Part shown: one piece after another, positions 48,976-58,548 of the stretch | Layout of the letters: the number at the start of each line of letters is the position of its first letter | Position numbering within the stretch: the first letter of the stretch is position 1 | Assembly (NCBI GenBank): GCA_963830365.1 | Contig: CAWHMU010000047.1 | Span: 1-64,000, forward strand | Length of the DNA: 64,000 nt | Reading direction: 5' to 3' | Source of the DNA: an uncultured Chlamydiae bacterium | Lineage (GTDB): Bacteria > Chlamydiota > Chlamydiia > Chlamydiales > Parachlamydiaceae | Program-made: the position numbers and the translations under genes | The notes under the pieces: generated by a model | Told to the model about the DNA's origin: nothing | Database searches by the model: none | The model's input: only the letters and a program-made list of their open reading frames with translations

Positions 48976-50685
48976 ATGAAAAAAGCATCTTCCGCCGCCG
49001 AATTGCAAGCGGCCATCCGTCAGCTAGAAGCCTACTCCCGCCAGGCTGCTAGGCACGCGCTATTTTCCCCGCTTGCCAAGACCATCAGTTTCGTGCGCTC
49101 TTTCTGGCGCCAGGCACTGGCAGGTAAAGAGGTGGCGGGCAAGGCGAGTGGAGGCGGGGCCGTTGAAAAAAATGCGCTGCTGCGGGCTGTCGAAGTAATC
49201 AATCGTGAGCGGCTGTATATCCAAACTATGCAGGGAGGCAGCACTGCCGAGCAGAAGCTGGCCAATGCACTGACATCAGCCATCGATTCGTATAATAAGC
49301 ATGCCTATGCCCCTTCTCCGCCTAATAAAGGCCTTGCCCAATATTTATCCGGAAAACTGATTACAGCCCAAGAGCTGCCTCTCATTCATCTGCCCCAACA
49401 AACGACGGTCACCTACCATTATCCCCCTCAAATGGCGGCTGAAGTGGCAGCAAGTACTGCCAAATATGCCATGCACGTTATCCAGCCTATGGCCCTTGCT
49501 CCGGAGGCTTTGCCGCTTTCCAAACAATCGAAGGAACTCTTCCAAATGAAGGTGCTGGCGTTGCTGGAGCGCTATGGCATCGCCACAAATCCTGAAGCGC
49601 GCGCCCTCGTCAAACAATCTCCCATCCATACATCTGTAAAGGGCGTAGACGGCGCCACATGCATGCTGACGCAGACACTGACGCTTTTTCCCGGGCAGAC
49701 GGTGGTGGTGATGGGGACTTCGGCCTTGGATCCCAAAACGCAGACGATCAGCCGGCTTTTTCCGGAGTCCTTTTATGTGTCTTTGAAATCGACGCAGACA
49801 GCTTTTCCGCATGCCTCACAAAGAGCAGGTTGGACGCTGGCCAATCAGCTGTTGCCTGAATGTCCGCAGCGCATGGATTTGCTTAAGCAGGCAGCTGAAC
49901 TCTTTCAACAGAAACAACAAACCATGCAAGCCCTATTGCCGCAGGGCGTTTTGATCGGCAAAGCCAAACAGCTGTTAAAACTGAAGAAAAAGGTTTTTTC
50001 GGCACATCAGGGTGAATTTATCGCCATGCATCAACAGCTCGCCAAGGCCCTTATGCAAGCGGCGCCTGCGGCATGGGTGTTGCCGCAGACGGCAGCGGTT
50101 GTCGAAAGTTTCTATGCAGCCTTTAACAGCCATTCCTTTGCTTTTGAGCGGCTGATAGAGACCAATCAAAGCATCAGTGAAATTTTCATTGCCCAACCGC
50201 AGCGCATGCTTTTTGATGCCATCATCAAGGGAAAGCATACTGAGTTTGGCAGCCCGCAGGCAGGCGTGCGCTATGCAGCTGCCAAATCGATTTTGGCACA
50301 CGCCTGCGAAGGGAATGTCATGAAGCTGGCCCATCATCAACCTGCCCATGATCAAATCAGGAGCGAATATATCGCCTGTATAGGGCATGTGCTGGGGTTG
50401 GCGGCGCAGCCGATTATTTTGCAATATTTGTCTGAAGACCTCATCTTTACCCCGCCTGTGCTCACCATTTTCGAGCAGCGTGTACAGGCGGCAGCCTACC
50501 TGCAAGTGTCGGACTTTCTGCAGGAATTAAACCTGCCCTTAGAGTCTGAGGAAAATGTTTATCAGCGGTTTCGCCACCAAATGGAAGCAGACATTGCCTG
50601 TTTCCAAACAGCAGGCAAACTTAGCTTGCCGGCAGAGCTGGCGGCTTATTACCAGCAGCGCTATATCCACTTAAGCGCCATCTAA
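48976..50685 (+). CDS. hypothetical protein
   Basis: 569-aa ORF, no recognised motif. Confidence 0.7.
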   Translation: MKKASSAAELQAAIRQLEAYSRQAARHALFSPLAKTISFVRSFWRQALAGKEVAGKASGGGAVEKNALLRAVEVINRERLYIQTMQGGSTAEQKLANALTSAIDSYNKHAYAPSPPNKGLAQYLSGKLITAQELPLIHLPQQTTVTYHYPPQMAAEVAASTAKYAMHVIQPMALAPEALPLSKQSKELFQMKVLALLERYGIATNPEARALVKQSPIHTSVKGVDGATCMLTQTLTLFPGQTVVVMGTSALDPKTQTISRLFPESFYVSLKSTQTAFPHASQRAGWTLANQLLPECPQRMDLLKQAAELFQQKQQTMQALLPQGVLIGKAKQLLKLKKKVFSAHQGEFIAMHQQLAKALMQAAPAAWVLPQTAAVVESFYAAFNSHSFAFERLIETNQSISEIFIAQPQRMLFDAIIKGKHTEFGSPQAGVRYAAAKSILAHACEGNVMKLAHHQPAHDQIRSEYIACIGHVLGLAAQPIILQYLSEDLIFTPPVLTIFEQRVQAAAYLQVSDFLQELNLPLESEENVYQRFRHQMEADIACFQTAGKLSLPAELAAYYQQRYIHLSAI

Positions 50686-50735
50686 GCCTGTCCTGAAATC
50701 CAACGTAAAGGAACAGCCAAGAGGCGCAATGCAAG

Positions 50736-50945
50736 GCAATTCACCACCGAGGCACCGAGACAAAGAGAAGGCCGCGACAACATAAAACAGGATAGTTGGG
50801 CATAAGCATTAGGCACCAATATCGTATTCTTTGCAGGATAGGCAAGATAAAAGCGTTATGGTGCAAACCTCAACAGAGACTTATCTATCCTTTTTTATGT
50901 TGTCGCGGCCTTCTCTTTGTCTCGGTGCCTCTGTGGTGAATTGTC
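50736..50945. repeat. CACAGAG family element, copy 6
   Basis: caattcaccaccgaggcaccgagacaaagagaaggccgcgacaacataaaa / ttttatgttgtcgcggccttctctttgtctcggtgcctctgtggtgaattg. Confidence 0.92.
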
Positions 50946-50968
50946 TTCTTGTGCGCCTCTGGGCTGCT

Positions 50969-52231
50969 TTAGCTACCAGCTATGGGTAGCTGGTGCAGTT
51001 GGCGGCTGTATCTTGCCATATAGGCCGTTGACAGCAGGCATAGCGCCCCGCCAATCAGCATCACGCCGGTGGCATGCAGCGGGTAGGCCAGCAGGCTGCC
51101 GATAGCCGGCACGAAGCAGCCGCGCAATCCCACCGTCAGCACATTCACGCTGCTATATACCGAGCTGTCCTCTTCTTTGGCAAAGCTCATGCCGGAAAGA
51201 TGCCAGCTCATCTCGCTGCCCCCTTGCATTACGCCATAGAGCAGATAGCCTACATAAAGCCACATCAAGTTGACCTGGGCGCCAATCAGGCAGAGTGGAA
51301 AGAGAAAGGCCAGCAGCGTCACCCAGCTGTTGAAGCGGTAGATATCGATCTTATTCATCAGGCGCGCCCAAGCCGGCGAACTTAAGGCGACGCCGATGCC
51401 TTTGCATAGCGTCAAAGCCACGGCCAGCTCGGTATAGGTCAAATGCAGTCCATCCATCAGAAAGACCGGCAGCATCGGCTGCATGATGATCAGGCCGGAG
51501 CCGCCCAGCATGAATCCCAGCTGATAGCGGGCAAAGTCGGGACGTCGCTTAAGCAGTTCCCAAGTGCTTTTCCATGGCTTTAGGAGTTGTTGCTGCCATG
51601 CTTGGGGGGCAGGCGTTTGTTGATCGCTTTCCGCATCAGCATTTATGGCGATGGGGATGCGGGCTTTGAAGAAGATGGCGCTGAGCGAAAGCAGGGCGGT
51701 GGCCGGGAAAATCCAGCGCCAGGACTCATGATAGGTGTCCATGAGATTGCCGAAGGCAAAGGGGATCAATGCCGTGCCGATATAGCCGAAGGCGGTGCCA
51801 TAGGCGAAGATGCGTTCGCGCGAGACGGCAGGCACATTCAATTTAAGCACTTCCATCCACGCCGGTATGGTGCCGCGCGCAAGCATCATATAAAAACCGA
51901 AGGAAAGAATGAAAAACCAGGGGTTGTCGACAAAGGGAAAGAAGAAAAAAGGCAAATGACTCAAGACGCGCGCCCAAATCAGGTTGGCTAACAGCCGGTC
52001 TTTGCGTTTTTCGATCAAGGCGCTCCAATAGATGGCAATGAGCGATACGGCCGGCTTTAAGACGACGATGGCCGTAATTTGCAGCGGCGTGGCATGCAAA
52101 TCCTTATACAGGATAAAAGGCAGCATGTTGAAGATGTACCAGAAGGGAGTATCAAGAATGCTCTTCCACATATAGGCAGCACGCGTCTTTTGCCACGCCT
52201 TATCGGATGTTGCTGTGCTTTGTCCCATCAT
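50969..52231 (-). CDS. MFS transporter
   Basis: about 12 hydrophobic segments in two halves; YSSVNVLTVGLRG. Confidence 0.85.
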   Translation of the reverse strand: MMGQSTATSDKAWQKTRAAYMWKSILDTPFWYIFNMLPFILYKDLHATPLQITAIVVLKPAVSLIAIYWSALIEKRKDRLLANLIWARVLSHLPFFFFPFVDNPWFFILSFGFYMMLARGTIPAWMEVLKLNVPAVSRERIFAYGTAFGYIGTALIPFAFGNLMDTYHESWRWIFPATALLSLSAIFFKARIPIAINADAESDQQTPAPQAWQQQLLKPWKSTWELLKRRPDFARYQLGFMLGGSGLIIMQPMLPVFLMDGLHLTYTELAVALTLCKGIGVALSSPAWARLMNKIDIYRFNSWVTLLAFLFPLCLIGAQVNLMWLYVGYLLYGVMQGGSEMSWHLSGMSFAKEEDSSVYSSVNVLTVGLRGCFVPAIGSLLAYPLHATGVMLIGGALCLLSTAYMARYSRQLHQLPIAGS

Positions 52232-52321
52232 TGTCCTTAATTCAGATCACTAGACTTAGTTAAGCTTTGTAAAAGTTTAACACAATATAAATTATAGATA
52301 TATCATAATTAGAGCTAAAAT

Positions 52322-53344
52322 CTATTCTAAGATGCAGTGGTACTCGTGGTCGGCCTGACCGGTATGGCTGTCGATGATGACGCGCTTGGGGGGGATTTCG
52401 GCACAGATCGGCTGGGCATAGGGACAGCGCGTGCGGAAAGGACAGCCTGACGGCGGATGCAGGGCCGAGGGGATTTCGCCTTTCAGGAAGATGCGTTGCC
52501 TTTTCTCTGCCGGGTGGTTTTTGGGGATGGCGGAGAGTAAAGCTTGTGTATAAGGATGACGGGGATTGCTGAAAAGCTCTTCGACGGAGGCTTTTTCCAT
52601 GACTTTACCCAGATAGAGCACGATCACGCGGTCGCACAAATATTTGATCAGCGACAAGTCGTGCGAGATAAAGATATAGCTTAGCGACAGGGTGTGCTTA
52701 AGTTCCTGCAACAGGTTGAGGATCTGGGCCTGCACCGAGACGTCCAGCGCCGATACGGCCTCGTCACAGACGATCAGGCGGGGCTTGAGCGAAATGGCCC
52801 GCCCGATGCAGATGCGCTGCTGCTGTCCACCAGAAAATTGATGCGGATAGCGCCACATGATATCCGGCGGCAGTCCTACCAGCGATAGCACCTCGGCCAC
52901 GCGCTCCTGCTGCTCGGCCCGCGTCTTTACGATGCCATGGTAAAGCAGTCCTTCGCCAATGCTGTCGCATACCGTCTTGCGCGGATTGAGCGAGGCGAAG
53001 GGATCCTGGAAAACGATTTGGGCATGCTTGCGAAATTCTTTAAGGCCCTTTCCATCCAATTTAAGCAGATTTTGTCCTTCGAAAGACACCTCGCCGGCGG
53101 TGGGCTCGATCAGCCGCAGTACGGCGCGCCCAAGCGTGCTTTTGCCGGAACCTGTCTCACCGACAATGCCCAGCACTTCGCCACGGCGTAGGTCGAAGTC
53201 TACGCCTTCAACGGCCTGGACATGGCCGACGACTTTACGGATGATGCCGGACATGACAGGGAAATGAACTTTAAGGCCCTGCACCTGCATGAGCATCTCT
53301 TTGGCAGGGGGGCTGTCTAGTGCGTTTTGTTTGTCATTTGGCAT
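52322..53344 (-). CDS. oppF: oligopeptide ABC transporter ATPase
   Basis: GETGSGKST, FSGGQQQR, HPYTQAL, PSGCPFRTRC. Confidence 0.92.
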   Translation of the reverse strand: MPNDKQNALDSPPAKEMLMQVQGLKVHFPVMSGIIRKVVGHVQAVEGVDFDLRRGEVLGIVGETGSGKSTLGRAVLRLIEPTAGEVSFEGQNLLKLDGKGLKEFRKHAQIVFQDPFASLNPRKTVCDSIGEGLLYHGIVKTRAEQQERVAEVLSLVGLPPDIMWRYPHQFSGGQQQRICIGRAISLKPRLIVCDEAVSALDVSVQAQILNLLQELKHTLSLSYIFISHDLSLIKYLCDRVIVLYLGKVMEKASVEELFSNPRHPYTQALLSAIPKNHPAEKRQRIFLKGEIPSALHPPSGCPFRTRCPYAQPICAEIPPKRVIIDSHTGQADHEYHCILE

Positions 53345-54371
53345 GGTTGTTTCCTGAAAGCATACGATGGCGGCGGTTTTCCACCGTCAGTTCCTTATCG
53401 TGCAGCCAGCATTTGGCGGTATGGCGCGCCTCGCCGGCTACCGGGAAGGTGGGCACGTGGCCAAGCAGGCAGCGCTCCATCACATGCGGGCAGCGCGGAT
53501 GGAAGCGGCAGCCGCTTGGAAAATGATCGGGTGAAGGCACCGCCCCTTTAATCGAATGCAGCCGGGCTTTGGGTGGCTGCATGGCCGGACGCGAGGCGAA
53601 CAATTCCTGCGTGTAGGGATGGGCCATATGGTCGAAAACAGCCGTCACATTACCCCGCTCCACCGACTGCGAGGCATACATGACGATCACATCATCGGCC
53701 ATTTCGGCCACGATGCCCATGTCGTGCGTGATGAGCAGCACGGCCATGCCTTTGTCTTTCTGCAGGGCGCGGATAAGATCTAAAATCTGCGCCTGGATGG
53801 TCACATCCAAAGCTGTCGTCGGCTCATCGGCGATCAGCACGTCGGGCTCGCACATCAAGGCCATGGCAATCATCACGCGTTGGCGCATTCCTCCCGAAAG
53901 TTGATGGGGATAGTTGAAAAAACGTTCCTTGGGCGAGGGGATGCCGACTTCTGTTAAGACTTTGATGGCGCGGACTTCGGCAGCCTCGCCAAAGAGGCCA
54001 AGATGCAGCTCCGCTACTTCTACCAGCTGGTCGCCAATCGTATAGACCGGATTTAATGCCGAAGTGGGATCTTGAAAAATCATGGCCATGCGTCCGCCGC
54101 GGATGGTGCGCATCTCCTTTTCGGTGAGGGTGAGCAGATTTTGATTTCGGTAAATAACTTTGCCGGTCGAAGGCAAAGCCGGGGGATGGGGCAGGATGCG
54201 CAGCAGCGATAAGGCCGTCAGCGATTTGCCGCAGCCGGATTCTCCCACCAGCGCCAGGGTTTTGCCGGCAAAGAGGTCAAAGGAGAGTCCATCCACAATG
54301 GTGATGGCATGCTTCCCCACCTGCAGCCTGGTGGTGAGATTTTTAACTTGTAGGACAGCTTCGTCATGCAT
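53334..54371 (-). CDS. oppD: oligopeptide ABC transporter ATPase
   Basis: [32 protein letters not shown]. Confidence 0.92.
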   Translation of the reverse strand: MHDEAVLQVKNLTTRLQVGKHAITIVDGLSFDLFAGKTLALVGESGCGKSLTALSLLRILPHPPALPSTGKVIYRNQNLLTLTEKEMRTIRGGRMAMIFQDPTSALNPVYTIGDQLVEVAELHLGLFGEAAEVRAIKVLTEVGIPSPKERFFNYPHQLSGGMRQRVMIAMALMCEPDVLIADEPTTALDVTIQAQILDLIRALQKDKGMAVLLITHDMGIVAEMADDVIVMYASQSVERGNVTAVFDHMAHPYTQELFASRPAMQPPKARLHSIKGAVPSPDHFPSGCRFHPRCPHVMERCLLGHVPTFPVAGEARHTAKCWLHDKELTVENRRHRMLSGNNHAK

Positions 54372-54600
54372 CTTGGGCGTTTCCTAGGTAGAGAGTTAGC
54401 TTGCCAAGAAATGGATTTATCCGGAAAAGGAATTTTTCATTTTTACGGCAAAAGGCGAAGCTAAAGAATAAAAAGATGGTTTAAAGTAAATATTATGTTT
54501 ATTTTTATTAAAGTTTGTTATAATAAGAGTTGTAGTATTCTTCGGTTGTCAGTGATTAGAATGTGAAGAAGCTGCGTAACGTACACAAGGAGTGATAGTT

Positions 54601-54807
54601 ATGGCCAAATATATCGAATATGTTGCCGCCATTTTGCTGATCGTGGGCGGTCTTAACTGGGGTTTAGTCGGCCTAGCTGACTTTAACCTGGTCACCACAT
54701 TGTTTGGTGTTGGTATGCTTACCAAAGTTGTTTACATCTTGGTCGGCGCCTCGGCTGTGTATGAAATATTTAATTACTTCAAACACGGCTCTTGCTGCGC
54801 TAAGTAG
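54601..54807 (+). CDS. DUF378 small membrane protein
   Basis: LLIVGGLNWGLVGL...YILVGASA; AAGGAG RBS. Confidence 0.9.
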   Translation: MAKYIEYVAAILLIVGGLNWGLVGLADFNLVTTLFGVGMLTKVVYILVGASAVYEIFNYFKHGSCCAK

Positions 54808-54946
54808 GTCAGGGTTTTTTACTGATTCTTATCTTAATAACAAAGCTCTGGGGGGCTTTGCTTTATCAAAACAGCAGTTGGACACCAGCACAGTTTAGGC
54901 TATGCCGGGCGTTTCAGCTGCTGTTTTGTTGTAATAGCGGGAGTTT

Positions 54947-55822
54947 GTGATGACGCCTATCGTAAGCCTGGTGCAGACGACGACCTACGACTTTACCCCC
55001 GCCCATTTGCGCCTGCCAACCTGCCTATGGACGGCTTTTACCGCGCTCAATAAGCTCCATGGCGTCTGGCGCTGGTATCGTCGCATCGAACTTTATCGGC
55101 ACCCCGACAACCTGGTGCAGCTTATGGCCGGCCATGTCGTCAATCTGGTCATCGGCGAGGCTTTGATCCTGCGCCTGGCCGCACAATGCCTGCTGGTGGC
55201 TAAGCGCGTGTTGGCCTGCGTGCAGCAGCAGTCCGACCTATGTCAGGCCGGGCAGCGCTGGTTGCTGGCCTTTAAAGGCCACTACCCGCGGCCGGTAAAG
55301 GTGTCGTGGGAAAAGGAAGCCGGCTACAGCTGTTTGTCGCCTATCACCATCCATTGGTGGAAAACGACCGCCATTGCCTTCTGGCAGCGCATCGACAGGC
55401 TGGCCCGCGGCACGCTTGGCGTATGCCATGAGGCCTTTAAGCTCAGCATGTGCATTATGGATGTCATCGACGCCTGCTGCTGGAGTCCGGCCACGCGCCA
55501 TGAAGGCATCCATGAAGGTTTTGTCAATATCACCAAATGGCTGGATACTACCGTACAGCATAAGGAGAAGTTGCTGGCCGGTATCAGCGCCAACCAGGCG
55601 CTGATCGAACGCCTATTGCAAGGTTCTGTCATCAGCTATGCCCAGCTGCATACCGGCGTGAGCACGGCTTTGGCTAAGACGGAAACGATTCAACGGGGTA
55701 TCAAGAAAATATCGACGATAGGCGGCGGCGTACTGGTGGATATGGGAAAGCAAGCCGTCAATGGCAGCCTAGTGGTAATGGGGCTGGCCAACTGCCGCCC
55801 GCTAACTCTAGCCAAAGTTTAA
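54947..55822 (+). CDS. hypothetical protein
   Basis: 291-aa ORF with GGGAG RBS. Confidence 0.65.
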   Translation: MMTPIVSLVQTTTYDFTPAHLRLPTCLWTAFTALNKLHGVWRWYRRIELYRHPDNLVQLMAGHVVNLVIGEALILRLAAQCLLVAKRVLACVQQQSDLCQAGQRWLLAFKGHYPRPVKVSWEKEAGYSCLSPITIHWWKTTAIAFWQRIDRLARGTLGVCHEAFKLSMCIMDVIDACCWSPATRHEGIHEGFVNITKWLDTTVQHKEKLLAGISANQALIERLLQGSVISYAQLHTGVSTALAKTETIQRGIKKISTIGGGVLVDMGKQAVNGSLVVMGLANCRPLTLAKV

Positions 55823-55905
55823 CCAGGAAATGGCATCGGGAAATGGCAGTTACCCATGGAAAAGCTTGTGCACCTTTTCACAACCTAACCGCGCGTGGTA
55901 TAGGT

Positions 55906-56607
55906 TTAAGCCTGAGTTGTCCCGCTATCAGCCGCCTGCATAGACCAGCTGCGCAACAACGCTCCGCCGACAAACCATGCGCCGGCGATAATCGAACCGA
56001 TGCCGATGACACCGGAGGTAATACCCACCGTGACGTTGGCGATATCATGGCGGCGGGCATGCACTTTTGCGGCCAGCGTTTGCAGTCCCTTGCAAGCTGC
56101 GCTAACGGCAAGCAAAGGCACGAAGCCCTTGAGCATGGCATTTCCACAGGCCCGGAGTGTCGAGGAGTCGTCGACTCCTAGCAGCATTGAGATTTCTGCT
56201 GTCGCCAGGGCGCTTAATGCCAGATGGGCGAGTTTGCAGGCGGTGGTATATGAGAAGTCTCTATTTTCTATCGGCAAGCGCGTCACGTGCATGCTGGCAG
56301 AAAAAATCGCCGCCGTGGCCGCACAGCTGCCTGATAGTTGCGTACCCGTGATGGGACCAAGTAGCTGTGTCGGGGTGATGAGATCGATCGATTTGCCCGC
56401 CACATACCCCATCATCCCTCCAGCCAATGCCGTTCCCATCACTTTAGCACTGCCGACAAGCGTTTTGGCTGCCAGCTTGTATAGTTTGGAGTCTTTTTCA
56501 GCTGCCGCCGGTTTGGCCGCCATGGGTTTGGTCGCCATGGGTGCCGCAGCCCCAGCCTGTAGCTGGCTTAGGTGAAGCATGCTTGGTCGCGCGGCAATTG
56601 ATGTCAT
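55906..56607 (-). CDS. hypothetical membrane protein (Inc/effector-like)
   Basis: Ala/Pro-rich N-terminus (PMATK PMAAK PAAA) and several hydrophobic helices. Confidence 0.65.
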   Translation of the reverse strand: MTSIAARPSMLHLSQLQAGAAAPMATKPMAAKPAAAEKDSKLYKLAAKTLVGSAKVMGTALAGGMMGYVAGKSIDLITPTQLLGPITGTQLSGSCAATAAIFSASMHVTRLPIENRDFSYTTACKLAHLALSALATAEISMLLGVDDSSTLRACGNAMLKGFVPLLAVSAACKGLQTLAAKVHARRHDIANVTVGITSGVIGIGSIIAGAWFVGGALLRSWSMQAADSGTTQA

Positions 56608-56831
56608 GTTAGCACCCTATATTTATAAGTAAAGAACGCAATTATAATACATGGGATTGAATTTTGTCAATCAATATTAAATAAAACAGTATGACAATAA
56701 GCTGTGAAACTTTATGTATGAGGTGGAAAGTATTGCGTAAGCTTTCGGGTTTTATTCGATTGAATTAAATGATAGCAATGTAATATACTATTTCATTTTT
56801 GAGAGTAAAATATTATTACAAGGAATTTATT

Positions 56832-57812
56832 ATGTCATCATATGCTTGTTCTACCTCACACTCCTCAAATAGCGTGGTCATTGCGTACGATGCGCAAGCT
56901 CACACCCAAGCCATTGCTAGTCAATCCTCTTCTGCGACAAATGCCACCACAACCTTAGTTCAGCAAGTTTTAAAAAATACTGCACATGAGTCATCCGCAG
57001 CCGAGGAATGCAAGTCCTGGGATAAAAGCGTGGTTCACGGTGACGTCAATGAGCTGGCTTTGCTAAAAAACTTCATCGGTTTTGTTGAGGCGTTGCTGTC
57101 TGCCGCTCAAAAAGAGGAGCTGTCGGCCATCTTTGAATCTGGCGAAAAAAAACTAGGAGGTGCCCGCGTTAGTCTGTTAGCAGTTAAAAATGAACTTTCG
57201 ACTATTAAAGAAGCTATGTTGGAAATAGTGAAAGGCGTGGATGCTAAGGCTCTCAGCGATTTAAAAGCCGGGCTGCCACGCGACCTGGCCGAAGCTGCCT
57301 TTTTCAGCAGCATGCTTGACTTGTCGCTCTTATATAAGGAAATTGATGAGGCCGATCCGTATTATTATGCGAAATTCTGCAAACAGTTGATAGCTGTTGG
57401 CGCCCTAAAAAAGGCCGCCTCCCTCGCCGACGAAATAACACACCCTGATCCAAGGACTGCCTCCCATCTCTATAAGGACATTTCCGGCAGCTATCTAAAA
57501 AATAAAGCCTATCACGAAGCGCTAGCCGCTGCTGAAAAAATATCTGCACCGCCTTCGATGCAATTACAAGCTATTAAGGCTGTTTGCAGAGATTTAATCG
57601 GAAAAGATAAAGATATCGATCACGCGATCGCGTTAGTTCAAGAGCTAGCTGATGTGGATGAGGATATTCTAGTAGAAGTTGTTTCTCAGATTCTTAGGGC
57701 GTTATTCAAAAATGAGGAGTTTGCGAAGGCGAAGAAGTTCTTGGGCATGGAGCCGGATGAGGAATTCGCTGCAGAAATACTTAGCGATTATCCGAATTGC
57801 CCGCGCAAATAA
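56832..57812 (+). CDS. effector-like helical-repeat protein with Ser/Thr-rich N-terminus
   Basis: AAGGA RBS; about four repeated helical hairpins (LKKAASLADEI, YHEALAAAEKI, IDHAIALVQEL, FAKAKKFL). Confidence 0.7.
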   Translation: MSSYACSTSHSSNSVVIAYDAQAHTQAIASQSSSATNATTTLVQQVLKNTAHESSAAEECKSWDKSVVHGDVNELALLKNFIGFVEALLSAAQKEELSAIFESGEKKLGGARVSLLAVKNELSTIKEAMLEIVKGVDAKALSDLKAGLPRDLAEAAFFSSMLDLSLLYKEIDEADPYYYAKFCKQLIAVGALKKAASLADEITHPDPRTASHLYKDISGSYLKNKAYHEALAAAEKISAPPSMQLQAIKAVCRDLIGKDKDIDHAIALVQELADVDEDILVEVVSQILRALFKNEEFAKAKKFLGMEPDEEFAAEILSDYPNCPRK

Positions 57813-58092
57813 AGGGCGTAGCACGCAAATTCTAACTAGATCATGGTATATCTGAAGTATTCGCGAATAGAAGACCGGATAAACCTGGGCTGAAGCCGTA
57901 AACAACGGCTACAGCCCATGCCTGAATAGAGGCATGTCTGAAAAGAATTGTAATAGCATCCGCAATATTGTGTTTGCCCTTTTGTCCTTTTGTCCATTTG
58001 TCGTCCGTCCGCGTCCGCTCTCGTCCGTCTTTTGTGAATATCTTGCCTAAAGCTGCTTGTTCTGTAAACGCAAGTATGCTTGTCCGGCTGCC

Positions 58093-58142
58093 AAAAAAAA
58101 ACGCAAGCATACGCCTCGCCTTAGCGAGGGGTATGCTTGCGT
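58093..58142 (-). terminator. intrinsic terminator of the rpsL-rpsJ operon
   Basis: acgcaagcatac...gtatgcttgcgt hairpin with A-run on + strand (U-tail on -). Confidence 0.85.
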
Positions 58143-58188
58143 CATTATGCGATGCTTAGCGCTTGCGCCTCCCAGGAGGCGCAAAGGC

Positions 58189-58531
58189 TTAGGCTTTGAT
58201 TTTGATATCCACGCCGGCAGGCAGGGTCAACGTCTTGAGGGCGTCGATGGTCTTGCCTGTTGGGTTTAGAATATCTACCAGTCTTTGTGCGTGCGGATTT
58301 CAAATTGTTCTCGCGATTTGCGGTCAATTTTGGGGAACGCAACACGGTGAAGATCTCACGTCGTGTCGGAATAGGAATAGGGCCCGCTACGCCGGCGCCG
58401 GTACGCTTGGCTGTTTCCACGATATCTGCAGTCGAACGATCCAGCAAACGCTGGTCGTACGCTTTCAGCCTGATTCGTATCTTCTGGGCTGTTGGGCAGC
58501 TTTTTGGCTGCTGCTTTTCTTGCTTTGCCAT
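58189..58531 (-). CDS. rpsJ: 30S ribosomal protein S10 (one-base frameshift near 58330, probable sequence error)
   Basis: [10 protein letters not shown]...TVLRSP, then [20 protein letters not shown]...[11 protein letters not shown] in another frame. Confidence 0.93.
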
Positions 58532-58548
58532 ATACGACCTTGTGATCC

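Noticed and set aside
57975..58035. GTCC-rich low-complexity tract (also 61825-61890) as a distinct system
   Set aside because: Too degenerate to define; probably relics of the GGAC-periodic repeat seen at 33528
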